Of a stretch of DNA of 64,000 bases, positions 17,970 through 27,114 are shown one piece after another. The notes under the pieces were generated by a model, which searched no databases, had not been told where the DNA came from, and saw nothing but the letters and a program-made list of their open reading frames with translations. Source of the DNA: Terriglobia bacterium (GTDB lineage: Bacteria > Acidobacteriota > Terriglobia > 20CM-2-55-15); contig CAXWPJ010000002.1 of assembly GCA_963664115.2 (NCBI GenBank), forward strand, positions 896,001 to 960,000. Reading direction: 5' to 3'. The position numbers and the translations under genes are program-made. Position 1 is the first letter of the stretch. Each line of letters begins with the position of its first letter.

Positions 17970-19818
17970 GCCCAAAACAAGCGCATAACCAGTCCGCCGA
18001 GGCCCAGTTCGCGCCGATAGAATTCGAGGCATAGAATCCCGTTCCCGGATGGCCTGTTCCAGGTATCGAGTTTCTGTTGAATCTGTTTCAGTTCAGCCTC
18101 GCTGGTGTTGGACGGTTGACAGAAACCGGGACCTCGATCGCCCGGGCTCAGAGTCATGATCGGGTCAACATCGCAGAGGCTGACGCAACACATCCACCCC
18201 GCGGAACAAGACCGGCAACCACCGGTTCCAGGCCAGGATCCGGAACAGAATGCGCCGCCCGGTGCGCACGAGTTGGCACGGCACAAGCATGAAAGCGTTC
18301 AAGAAGGTTTTGAACTCCATGCGCAGCACGGTTTGCTTCTCAGCCTGATATTTTTGGCCCCAACGTCCGGTTTCGGGAAGCAGCAATGCAAACCACGCTT
18401 TCAGTGTCCAGGCCAGTGACGCGATCACCATGTAGGCCCAGTTGCTGGTCTGATCTCCGACCGGCATCCGCAACGCCTGAACGCCGTTCTTCAACTGCTC
18501 AATGAGATTCTCCTGATTGCACCGTTGATTGGCACGCATCACAATCTGGTCGGCCGGATCCGAACGGTTGGTAATGTAGAAGAAGTACCGGATGTCGTCA
18601 AACAACACCTGCTCTCCTTTGGCCACCGACAGATTCTTCCGCACCACGACGACACGGTAGTCCCGATCGCAGGCTCCGGGTCGATACCGAAACTCGGCCA
18701 CATCCTCACCCTGCAAGCGGATATTGTCGAAACCGCGCTGCCGAACGATCTCTTCCTTCACGTTGTCGGGACGTTGGCGCGGTTCGGTCGCCACGTCGTA
18801 TTTCGCGGGCCGTTCCAGGCGCTTCCACTGGCGCGGCTCCAGTTCATCGGCCCGGGCCTTCAGGTTCGCCATCGCGTCAATCCCGAATATGAAACCCACC
18901 TGCTGGTCGTCCCATCCGTCCAGATGCCGGGTCTGGCTGAAGTCCGTGTCCCCGCGCAGCAGGATCTGGCGAAACCCCGCATGCCGGCACAATGCGATGG
19001 CTTGGTCGAACCGGACCGCGGCTCCTTCATGCGACGGCCGGTTGCCGCTACGATTGACCAGATACAGCGGTTCGGCGGTGTTGGCCAGCGAGATCATCAG
19101 CGGGTGATATCCCCACGTCCCGTCGTAGGCCACGTCCATCCCTTGCTTGCATTCCCCCGTGGTTTCGGCCAGTGTCCCGTCCGCGTCCAACACCGCTTCT
19201 TCGAAAAACGCCGCCGGTTGCTGTCGCCAGACTCCGAGCCGGACTTGATTGGTTGCCTCCATCAGACACTCCACGTCGTCGGCCTCGAATCTCCGGCAGA
19301 AGTCTCCCGCCGTCGTCGGATCCGGAATCCGTTGCGCTCCCAGCGCATCCAGATACACCGCATCGTTGCGCCGCAGTTCGATGTCTTCCAGGCACGTTCC
19401 TCCGCTCAAGGCGTTGTAGGCGATGTTCAGCACGTGATCCGACTCGTGATACGGCAGGTGCCGCTTCAACACATGCACGCCCTTGTCGATGGCTTCGATC
19501 AGCCCGGTCCGCCGCGCCACCAGTTGCATCGTCCCGATACCACCAACCGATGTGCCCCGCGTCCGCTCTCCCATCTCGTACTGAATGTTGCTCGCCGAAA
19601 ACATCGGCTCTACCTGATCCGTCCAATGCCGGTCCCCAAGCCGACGTTCGATTCGCCGCTTGCGGTTCCTCATGTTCTTGCGCGTATAATCGTTCATCTG
19701 AAATGCCTCCTTTTCCGAAGAATCTGTTCAAGGTTTTTTTCGCACGGAGAGGGGGCATTTCGGGTACTTCCGCTCTTATTGCACTATCATTTCCTCGTCA
19801 ATCACGCTTGTTCAGGGT
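17970..19818 (-). mobile_element. IS1380-family insertion sequence, copy 2 (1849 bp)
   Basis: Same length and translations as copy 1; CTAG at 17966-17969 and 19819-19822; first base is G instead of T. Confidence 0.9.
18165..19697 (-). CDS. IS1380-family DDE transposase
   Basis: Translation identical to 888-2420. Confidence 0.88.
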   Translation of the reverse strand: MNDYTRKNMRNRKRRIERRLGDRHWTDQVEPMFSASNIQYEMGERTRGTSVGGIGTMQLVARRTGLIEAIDKGVHVLKRHLPYHESDHVLNIAYNALSGGTCLEDIELRRNDAVYLDALGAQRIPDPTTAGDFCRRFEADDVECLMEATNQVRLGVWRQQPAAFFEEAVLDADGTLAETTGECKQGMDVAYDGTWGYHPLMISLANTAEPLYLVNRSGNRPSHEGAAVRFDQAIALCRHAGFRQILLRGDTDFSQTRHLDGWDDQQVGFIFGIDAMANLKARADELEPRQWKRLERPAKYDVATEPRQRPDNVKEEIVRQRGFDNIRLQGEDVAEFRYRPGACDRDYRVVVVRKNLSVAKGEQVLFDDIRYFFYITNRSDPADQIVMRANQRCNQENLIEQLKNGVQALRMPVGDQTSNWAYMVIASLAWTLKAWFALLLPETGRWGQKYQAEKQTVLRMEFKTFLNAFMLVPCQLVRTGRRILFRILAWNRWLPVLFRGVDVLRQPLRC

Positions 19819-20290
19819 CTAGCGGCTCTCGACATCCACGGTGACCCCGTCTGGAAGCTGCTCGATTGCCTGCTTCAACGGGACCTTATAAAAACATCTG
19901 CAACCCTGTATCCCTATAGAATATAGATCAAAGTTGAAGGGACGACACCAAGTTCTTCGACAAGATGCGAAAAATTTGCGGGTGCGGATTTCCGAATCTG
20001 TATCGCAGCCAGGTAAGATTCCCGCCAATTTAGTTTGAAACTATGGGAGTCTGACGATATGAGAAATGATTCTCAACTCCTGAAAATTAAGATGTGGGAA
20101 GTCGAAAAACCCCAATATTTGGCCCATTTCTCAACTTCCTACGATGTCGTTTCTCAGGACCGGAGAATTTAATAGCGCCCAATTCTCTCCCTTAGTATTC
20201 TTTACCGAATTGTTCAGGGCTAGTTCAGAGGTGGACCCCATACGTTGGACAGCTTGGCAGCCAATTTAAGGTGGATTCCGCGGTTCATGT

Positions 20291-21139
20291 TTATGCTGCC
20301 GAGGTCAGTGGCCGTGTTCCCGCGTAGGCTTCGCTCGGCGTGAGATCGTCGAGTTTGGAATGCGGGCGGTCGTTATTGTAATAGTTCATCCAGACACCTA
20401 TGTGGTGCCGGGCATCTTTGAAGTCACTGAAGGCGTTTAGATAAACGCATTCGTATTTGATCGAGCGCCATAGGCGTTCGATGAAAACGTTGTCGATCCA
20501 TTGCCCCTTGCCGTCCATGGAGATCCGGATACCTCGTTCTTTAAGTCGGTCGGTCCAGGCCTTGCTGGTGAACTGGCTGCCCTGATCGGTGTTGAAGATT
20601 TCCGGACTGCCGTATTCCTCGATCGCCTCGTCGAGGGCTTCAAGGCAAAACGTCGTGTCCTGGGTGTTGGACAGCCGCCAGGACAACACCTTCCGCGTAT
20701 GCCAGTCCATGATCGCGACCAGATATAAGAATCCGTGCGCCATCGGGATATACGTCACGTCGGTAGACCACGCTTGATTCGCCCGCTCCACGGCAATGTC
20801 GTTGAGTAGATATGGGTACACCGGATGAGCCGGGTTTCTCCGGGACGTCTGCGGTGCCACCGAGCGCAGCCCCATCAACCGCATTAGTCGGCGTACCCGC
20901 TTCCGGCCCACATCGTAGCCGAGACGTTTCAGATGACGCGTCATCTGCCTGGACCCATACCAGGGCATCTTCAGATACGCCTCGTCGATCACGCGCATCA
21001 GGTCCAGATTGCGATCACTCTCACCCCGTGGCCGATAGTACCAACTCGAACGGCTCAACCCGATCAAGTCGCATTGCCGGACCACACTGAGCTGCTCATG
21101 GCCCGGTTCGACCACCTTGCGCCTTCGACCCAAGCTCAT
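20291..21139 (-). CDS. IS3-family transposase OrfB (integrase core)
   Basis: WSTDVTYI, FNTDQGSQF, DNVFIERLWRSIKYE, YNNDRPHS. Confidence 0.92.
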   Translation of the reverse strand: MSLGRRRKVVEPGHEQLSVVRQCDLIGLSRSSWYYRPRGESDRNLDLMRVIDEAYLKMPWYGSRQMTRHLKRLGYDVGRKRVRRLMRLMGLRSVAPQTSRRNPAHPVYPYLLNDIAVERANQAWSTDVTYIPMAHGFLYLVAIMDWHTRKVLSWRLSNTQDTTFCLEALDEAIEEYGSPEIFNTDQGSQFTSKAWTDRLKERGIRISMDGKGQWIDNVFIERLWRSIKYECVYLNAFSDFKDARHHIGVWMNYYNNDRPHSKLDDLTPSEAYAGTRPLTSAA

Positions 21140-21417
21140 CGATTGAAGGCTCGTGCTAAAAAATCCCGTTCCACGACCAGTTCACCGATCTTGGCCTGCA
21201 GGTCTTTGATCTCGTCCTCGTGGTTCCGGGCCGATGGATCCCGGCCTCGCTGGAATCCTTCTTTAACGCTATCAAGCGCATCACGCTTCCACTTCGTGAT
21301 CATGTTCGGATGGATCTTGTACCGCGCCGCCAATTCGGCCATCGTGCCGTCGCCACGCATCGCGGCCAGCGCTACCTTCGCTTTGAAATCTGCTGAAAAA
21401 TTCCGTCGTTTCGCCAT
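21136..21417 (-). CDS. IS3-family transposase OrfA (HTH)
   Basis: RRNFSADFKAKVAL; T TTT TTA candidate -1 slippery site at 21157-21163; ATGA overlap with orfB. Confidence 0.9.
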   Translation of the reverse strand: MAKRRNFSADFKAKVALAAMRGDGTMAELAARYKIHPNMITKWKRDALDSVKEGFQRGRDPSARNHEDEIKDLQAKIGELVVERDFLARAFNR

Positions 21418-21679
21418 CGTCGTTAGGTCCTCTCATCTATGCAGAGTCCACCTTATAACGCTGTCCTAATTTTGGGGGCCACTTCTTTCAACGGCACACT
21501 TTAAACATGGAATCCGACACCAAAGCCGGTTCACCACCGGCCAGCGACCGACGGCGACTCGTCTTGTCGGAAGTTGAAACATCTCTCTGCGTTCTTTGAA
21601 CCGGAGGGATTTTGCGTTACATAACCATGTGCGCATCGTTTGAGCGCGCACGGTTTAGATCGCTGACTGGGAGGGACTC

Positions 21680-22441
21680 ATGAAGACGAAGCTGGCTGTT
21701 GCAGCGGGCCTGGTGGCCTCGTTGCTGGGGATTTCGACGGCCGAGGCACAGTGGCTCAACTATCCGACACCGGGCATACCGCGCCTGCCCGATGGCACGC
21801 CCAATCTCGGAGCGCCCGCGCCGCGGACCGCGGATGGGACGCCGGATCTCTCCGGAATCTGGGTCACGCCCACGGGGAGGTATCTTAACAACCTCGCTGC
21901 GGACATCGAGATTCGCATGGAGCCTTGGGCTGAGCAACTGTATGGAGAGCGTCTGGCAAACAACGGTCGAGACCGCCCCAGTGCAGGATGCCTCCCGCAC
22001 AGCGTGACCGATTTTGATACGCACCGCACACCGAGGAAGGTCATCCAGAACCCCGGACAGCTTGTGATGCTGTTTGAGGCCTATCACTCCTACCGCGAGA
22101 TTTACACTGACGGCCGCCCTCTTCCGGACGTGAGAGAGCCGGCCTGGTTCGGCTATTCCGTCGGGAGGTGGGAGGGCGATACCCTGGTCGTCGACACCAT
22201 CGGTCTCCACGAACTTACATGGCTCGACGACTCCGGCCATCCGCACAGCGACGCCCTGCACCTGATCGAACGGTTTCGCCGGGTCGACTTCGGTCACATG
22301 GAGGTCGAAATCACGATCGACGACCCTCAAGCGTATCCGGAGGAATGGACGGCTTCATTCGGCTGGGACTTGTTGCCGGACACCGCATTGCTGGATTGGG
22401 TCTGTGTGAACAACCGGTACTTCGAACTGATTCCGAATTAG
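21680..22441 (+). CDS. Exported hypothetical protein (GxSxGRWEGDTLVV family)
   Basis: Signal peptide AEA-Q; PDLSGIW; GYSVGRWEGDTLVVDT; two Cys; paralogue at 34410-35261. Confidence 0.8.
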   Translation: MKTKLAVAAGLVASLLGISTAEAQWLNYPTPGIPRLPDGTPNLGAPAPRTADGTPDLSGIWVTPTGRYLNNLAADIEIRMEPWAEQLYGERLANNGRDRPSAGCLPHSVTDFDTHRTPRKVIQNPGQLVMLFEAYHSYREIYTDGRPLPDVREPAWFGYSVGRWEGDTLVVDTIGLHELTWLDDSGHPHSDALHLIERFRRVDFGHMEVEITIDDPQAYPEEWTASFGWDLLPDTALLDWVCVNNRYFELIPN

Positions 22442-22582
22442 CCGGGCATTTCCGGACGTTAATAATCTTCGGACGATACCTTCGGGCGGCCCAACCGAGC
22501 TCTCGTGGCAAGGATTCGCGCGGTGCGTCACTTCGCAAAAAAGCGCCGCAGAGGCTTGGCCTCAGGGAGAGACGCAGACTGA

Positions 22583-23335
22583 TCAGGAAGTCTTAAAATG
22601 CTCGCAGATGGCATCGACGAGGGCGGGGATGCTTGCGGTGGTGGGTTCGATGTCAACGTGGAGGCCGAGTGCAATAGCGGTATCGCGCGTGACGGGGCCG
22701 ATTACGGCAATCGCGGGTTTGCGGAGCCACTCCAGAGGATTCCGGACGTCCAGCATCTGAATCAGGTTTCGCACAGTCGAACCACTCGTCACGGTAACGC
22801 AGTCGATCGACCCTGCCTCCAGAAGAGCGCGGAGTGCGTCGCCACCTGTACTCGGTATCTCGTTTCTATAAACAGGGACGATCTCCACCTGTGCGCCACG
22901 TTCCTGGAGTGTGTCTGGAAGCAAATTGTTGCCCGACTGAGCCCGGGGCAACAGGATCGCCAAGCCGCTCAAGTCATCTGGAAAGCTCTTGATAAGGCCT
23001 TCGGCCCGGAAGTCCTCCGGAAGGAGATGGACCTCGATCTCTCTTTCCTGAAGTCGGCGAGCAGTCTGTGAGCCCACTGCTGCAATCTTTGCGGCAGGCA
23101 TTGTGCCGGCACGATCGAGAAAAGCATCGACGGCGTTGGCACTCGTGAAAATAATCCAATCGAAATCGGCGAGGCGTTTGATGCTGGCATCGGCCGGATC
23201 CCAGGTCTCCGGTGGACCGATTGTTATCGTGGGGATCGTGATCGCTTTCGCGCCGTGAACTCCGAGCAACTTCCGAAGTTCCCGGCTCTGTGCAGGGGCG
23301 CGGGTAACAAGAACAGTTTTGCCTTCAAGCCCCAT
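22583..23335 (-). CDS. hemD: Uroporphyrinogen-III synthase
   Basis: VLVTRAPAQ, DWIIFTSANAV, VTSGSTV, IGPVT; follows hemC. Confidence 0.9.
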   Translation of the reverse strand: MGLEGKTVLVTRAPAQSRELRKLLGVHGAKAITIPTITIGPPETWDPADASIKRLADFDWIIFTSANAVDAFLDRAGTMPAAKIAAVGSQTARRLQEREIEVHLLPEDFRAEGLIKSFPDDLSGLAILLPRAQSGNNLLPDTLQERGAQVEIVPVYRNEIPSTGGDALRALLEAGSIDCVTVTSGSTVRNLIQMLDVRNPLEWLRKPAIAVIGPVTRDTAIALGLHVDIEPTTASIPALVDAICEHFKTS

Positions 23336-24263
23336 GCCGGCGGATCTCTTCGAGAACATCCTCTGCACCGGCCCCACGAAGTTTCCGGCCCAGTTCCTCT
23401 CCGATTTCTGAGGGATTGGATCGAGGACCGCGCACCGTATCAGCAATCACTTTCGCGCCATCCAGACTCGCGATGAGGCCTTCGAGTACGATCTCATCTC
23501 CATCGATGTGGGCATATCCTGCAATCGGAACCTGACAACTCCCCTCCAAACTCGCCATCAGGGCCCGCTCGGCTACGACGACCGCATGGGTGTCGGGGTG
23601 TTCCAGAACCTGAAGCGTTTCGTGTGTCTGACGATCCTCGCTACGGCAGACCAGTCCCAGCGCACCTTGTGCGACGGCGGACAGCATGACGTCGCGTTCA
23701 AGGTACTCTGTGACGCGTTCCTTGTACCCGAGCCTTTTCAAACCCGCAGCGGCCAGAATGATGCCTTCAAACTCGCCTGAATCCAGTTTCCTGAGCCGCG
23801 TATCCACGTTTCCTCTCAGCGGCAGAACTTCCAGAGCGGGAAACCCACGCCGCAGCTGGGCCTGACGGCGAAGACTGCTGGTCCCGATTCGCGCACCGTT
23901 CGGCATGTCCGCGAGACGCGTTCCTTTCGATACAAGTGCGTCGCGGGGGTCCTCCCGCTCGGTGACCGTCGAAAGGACCGTGCCTTCGGGAAGGGCAAAG
24001 GGCAGGTCCTTCAAACTGTGCACTGCGAAATCAATCCGTCCATCAAGCAGCGCCTCATCCAGTTCCTTTGTAAAGAGACCTTTTCCACCAACCTGTGCCA
24101 GAGGCACGTCCTGAATGCGGTCGCCGGTCGTCTTGATCGGAAGAATCGCAACTTGAAGACCGGTAACGCGACGTTCCAATTCGGACTGTGTCCAATTTGC
24201 CTGCCACAATGCCAGAGCGCTGCCCCTCGTACCGAGCCTGAGCCCCTTACCGGTCTTTGACAT
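23325..24263 (-). CDS. hemC: Porphobilinogen deaminase (hydroxymethylbilane synthase)
   Basis: GTRGSALALWQA, GKGLFTKE, AVHSLKD, GTSSLRR, RGNVDTR, GSCQVP. Confidence 0.96.
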   Translation of the reverse strand: MSKTGKGLRLGTRGSALALWQANWTQSELERRVTGLQVAILPIKTTGDRIQDVPLAQVGGKGLFTKELDEALLDGRIDFAVHSLKDLPFALPEGTVLSTVTEREDPRDALVSKGTRLADMPNGARIGTSSLRRQAQLRRGFPALEVLPLRGNVDTRLRKLDSGEFEGIILAAAGLKRLGYKERVTEYLERDVMLSAVAQGALGLVCRSEDRQTHETLQVLEHPDTHAVVVAERALMASLEGSCQVPIAGYAHIDGDEIVLEGLIASLDGAKVIADTVRGPRSNPSEIGEELGRKLRGAGAEDVLEEIRRHGA

Positions 24264-25503
24264 TGAAAATCTTTCGGACGAATTTGATGTACTCAGGTCC
24301 ATCGTGTTGATGGGCCATGTCTTTGAGTTGCATGATCGGGTGGTGCAGGATCTTGTTGATCATGGATTGGGTGATGCGTTCCAGAGCTTCCCGCTGCTCC
24401 GGATTCATGGGGGCCAGATGCTTGCGGTTCCGCTCGATTTCATCTCGACGGAGTTTCTCGAGAGTTTCCCGAAGCTCGACGATCGTCGGAACGACCTCGC
24501 GGGAACGCAGCTTCGAGCGGAAAGCACGCACCTCGTCATCAACCAAAGCTTCGGCCCGCACCGCTTCGCTCATCCGCTCTTTGATGTTTTCGTCAACCAC
24601 CTGCTGGAGGTCGTCGATGTCGTAGAGGAAAACGTTATCGATCTTGTTCACAGCGGGATCGATGTCCCGCGGGACGGCGATGTCGATGAAAAAGATGGGC
24701 CGGTTTTTTCGCTGGCGAATGATGCTTTCGGCTTGAAGTTTGGTGATGACGAAGTGGGACGCTCCAGTTGAACTGATGACGATGTCGGCCCGATCGATGT
24801 GATCGTTGAGGTGTTCAAAAGGAACGGCGGCACCATCAAATACCTGAGCCATCTCTACCGCGCGTTCGAAGGTGCGATTGGTCACCAGGACCGTGGAAAC
24901 TCCGGCACGCTTCAGATGCTTGGCCGACAACTCTCCCATCTTGCTGGCGCCAATGATCATCACGCTCTTGCCCTGAAGATTACCGAAGATTTTCCGGGCA
25001 AGTTCGACGGCTGCGAAACTCACCGACACCGCGGATCGTGCGATGCCGGTTTCGGTCCGAACTTTCTTGGCAACAACGAACGCACGATCCATCACCGAAC
25101 CGATGTGCACACCAACGGTGCCGGCATCTTGGGCAACCCGGTAGGCTTCTTTGATCTGTCCGAGGATCTGCGGTTCACCCACAATCATTGAATCCAGGCT
25201 GGAGGCGACGCGGAAGACGTGCCGAATGACGTCGTTGTTCCGGAGAGTGTAGAGGTGCTTGACGATGCTTTCGGAGGGCACGCGATGGTAAGAAGAGAGA
25301 AAATCGCGAGCCGGTGCTTCATCTGAGGCTTCGACGAGAACCTCGACCCGATTACAGGTCGATAGGATCATGGCTTCTGAAATCCCGTCGCGTGACACCA
25401 GGGACCGGAGCGCGTCGCTCATATCTCCGTTTTCGAACGCAAGCCGTTCCCGGACTTCGACCGGGGCCGTCTTGTGACTCAATCCAACGAGTGCCAGTTG
25501 CAT
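24247..25503 (-). CDS. hemA: Glutamyl-tRNA reductase
   Basis: GLSHKTAPVEVRE, STCNRVE, SLDSMIVGEPQILGQ, DIAVPRDI. Confidence 0.96.
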   Translation of the reverse strand: MQLALVGLSHKTAPVEVRERLAFENGDMSDALRSLVSRDGISEAMILSTCNRVEVLVEASDEAPARDFLSSYHRVPSESIVKHLYTLRNNDVIRHVFRVASSLDSMIVGEPQILGQIKEAYRVAQDAGTVGVHIGSVMDRAFVVAKKVRTETGIARSAVSVSFAAVELARKIFGNLQGKSVMIIGASKMGELSAKHLKRAGVSTVLVTNRTFERAVEMAQVFDGAAVPFEHLNDHIDRADIVISSTGASHFVITKLQAESIIRQRKNRPIFFIDIAVPRDIDPAVNKIDNVFLYDIDDLQQVVDENIKERMSEAVRAEALVDDEVRAFRSKLRSREVVPTIVELRETLEKLRRDEIERNRKHLAPMNPEQREALERITQSMINKILHHPIMQLKDMAHQHDGPEYIKFVRKIFNVKDR

Positions 25504-25551
25504 AGAATTCGACCGATACTGTCCGCGCCGTCGCTCGGGTCTTGCGACGGT

Positions 25552-26373
25552 TCATTGCGTGAACGAGTGCAGTCCTCCGAAATAATTGGCTCCGAGAAAC
25601 GACACCAGGACACTGACAAATCCGGCGATCGCGAGGTAAGCCGCTCTCTTACCCCGCCATCCTGCAATAAACCGGTAATGAATCAGCAGCAAATAGATGA
25701 GCCACGTGAAGAAAGACAAGAGGATTTTCAAATCAGCGCCCCAAAGCGTACCCCAGGCCGACTGGGCCCAGAGGGCGCCTGAAACAATGCCGAGTGTGAT
25801 GAGCGGAAAACCGATCGCCAGCGAACGGTACGAGAGGTCATCGCAGATTTCCAGCGAAGGCAGTCGGTAGTAAAAAAGAGAGTGGTGCTTCGATTTCAAC
25901 TCACGTTCCTGAATCAGGTACATCGTGGAGCCTGCAAAACAAATAAACAGAGCCGCGTATCCCAGAAAAATCAGAGGCGTGTGAACGTAAATCCAATTGC
26001 TCTGGATCACAGGAGGTATCGAACTCGACGGGTCGTATGCAACGTTCGCAATGAACGTGAGGATAAAAATCACCGGGAAGACAAATATGCTCAGCGTCGT
26101 GATCCGATATCGGGCGTAGGCAATGAGGTATCCCATAGCTCCGAGGACGGCGAAAAACGAGAAGGCCTCGTAACGCTGAGTCAGCGGCATGTAATTGAGT
26201 TCGCTCGCGCGCAGAATAATCGAGATCGCCTGGCAGACGAAACCTGCGACGACTGCGTAGAGGCTTGCGCGAAAAAACGTGTACTTCCTGCTGAGAACAG
26301 AAACAACCGCATGCAGCAAGCCCACGGAATAGAAGGCCAGAGCGACCCTCAGCAGCACAACGTGCATGTTCAA
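25552..26373 (-). CDS. ccsA: Cytochrome c biogenesis CcsA/HemX-family membrane protein
   Basis: Multiple TM segments; SGALWAQSAWG..W..D.K WWD-like motif; C-terminal GLHSF; directly upstream of hemA. Confidence 0.82.
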   Translation of the reverse strand: MNMHVVLLRVALAFYSVGLLHAVVSVLSRKYTFFRASLYAVVAGFVCQAISIILRASELNYMPLTQRYEAFSFFAVLGAMGYLIAYARYRITTLSIFVFPVIFILTFIANVAYDPSSSIPPVIQSNWIYVHTPLIFLGYAALFICFAGSTMYLIQERELKSKHHSLFYYRLPSLEICDDLSYRSLAIGFPLITLGIVSGALWAQSAWGTLWGADLKILLSFFTWLIYLLLIHYRFIAGWRGKRAAYLAIAGFVSVLVSFLGANYFGGLHSFTQ

Positions 26374-26428
26374 ATTATAGCAGCAGTTAGCGTGCCTGAC
26401 ACACTGTGTGTGCTAGCATAAATTTGAT

Positions 26429-27106
26429 ATGGGTATCGATCTCGTTTCACTGGTGTCGTCGCTTGTCGTGCTGCTGGTGTCTCTTAGCGTTCATGAGTCG
26501 GCCCATGCGTGGACGGCAGACCGGCTGGGCGACCCGACCGCACGGCATCTTGGCCGGATCTCGATCAATCCGCTGGTGCATGCGGATTTCTTCGGAACAT
26601 TTCTGTTCCCGCTCATGGGTTTCATGTTTGGCGGCATCATCTTCGGTTGGGCCAAACCCGTTCCCGTCAATACAGCCCGCTTAAATAATCCAAAGCGTGA
26701 CTATATGCTGGTTGCCGCCGCGGGTCCGGTCGCCAACCTGCTGATGGCCGGCGGCCTCCTCCTGGTGCTGGGGTTCATGAAATCTACATCTGCGTCTATG
26801 GAATTGCTGCTCAATCAGGTCGTGCGCGGTGTGGCGTCCGGTGACGGGATTCTCGTTCTGCTCCTCTCCATGGCGTACTTTGGCGTGATGATCAACCTGA
26901 TTCTGGCGATATTCAACATGATTCCAGTGGCACCGCTCGATGGGGCTGCGGTCCTTTCAGGCCTGCTCCCTCACTCACTATCCCAGACCTACGATGCCTT
27001 GCAGAGCTACGGTTTTATCATTCTGATCGGAATGCTCTATCTGGGCATTCCCGGATACCTGTTCAGTCCCGTGATCGGGTTCGTACAGTCCTTCCTCGTC
27101 TTCTGA
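26429..27106 (+). CDS. Site-2 protease family (M50) membrane metalloprotease
   Basis: HESAH, GWAKPVP, AGPVAN, FNMIPVAPLDG. Confidence 0.92.
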   Translation: MGIDLVSLVSSLVVLLVSLSVHESAHAWTADRLGDPTARHLGRISINPLVHADFFGTFLFPLMGFMFGGIIFGWAKPVPVNTARLNNPKRDYMLVAAAGPVANLLMAGGLLLVLGFMKSTSASMELLLNQVVRGVASGDGILVLLLSMAYFGVMINLILAIFNMIPVAPLDGAAVLSGLLPHSLSQTYDALQSYGFIILIGMLYLGIPGYLFSPVIGFVQSFLVF

Positions 27107-27114
27107 CACGCTCT

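Larger units (their letters stand above)
20227..21486 (-). mobile_element. IS3-family insertion sequence (1260 bp)
   Basis: IRs agaggtggaccccatacgttggacagc / agaagtggcccccaaaattaggacagc; 3-bp TTC duplication at 20224-20226 and 21487-21489. Confidence 0.88.

Noticed and set aside
19823-20028. 69-aa minus-strand ORF next to IS1380 copy 2
   Set aside because: No recognisable family; at most the tail of a destroyed gene.
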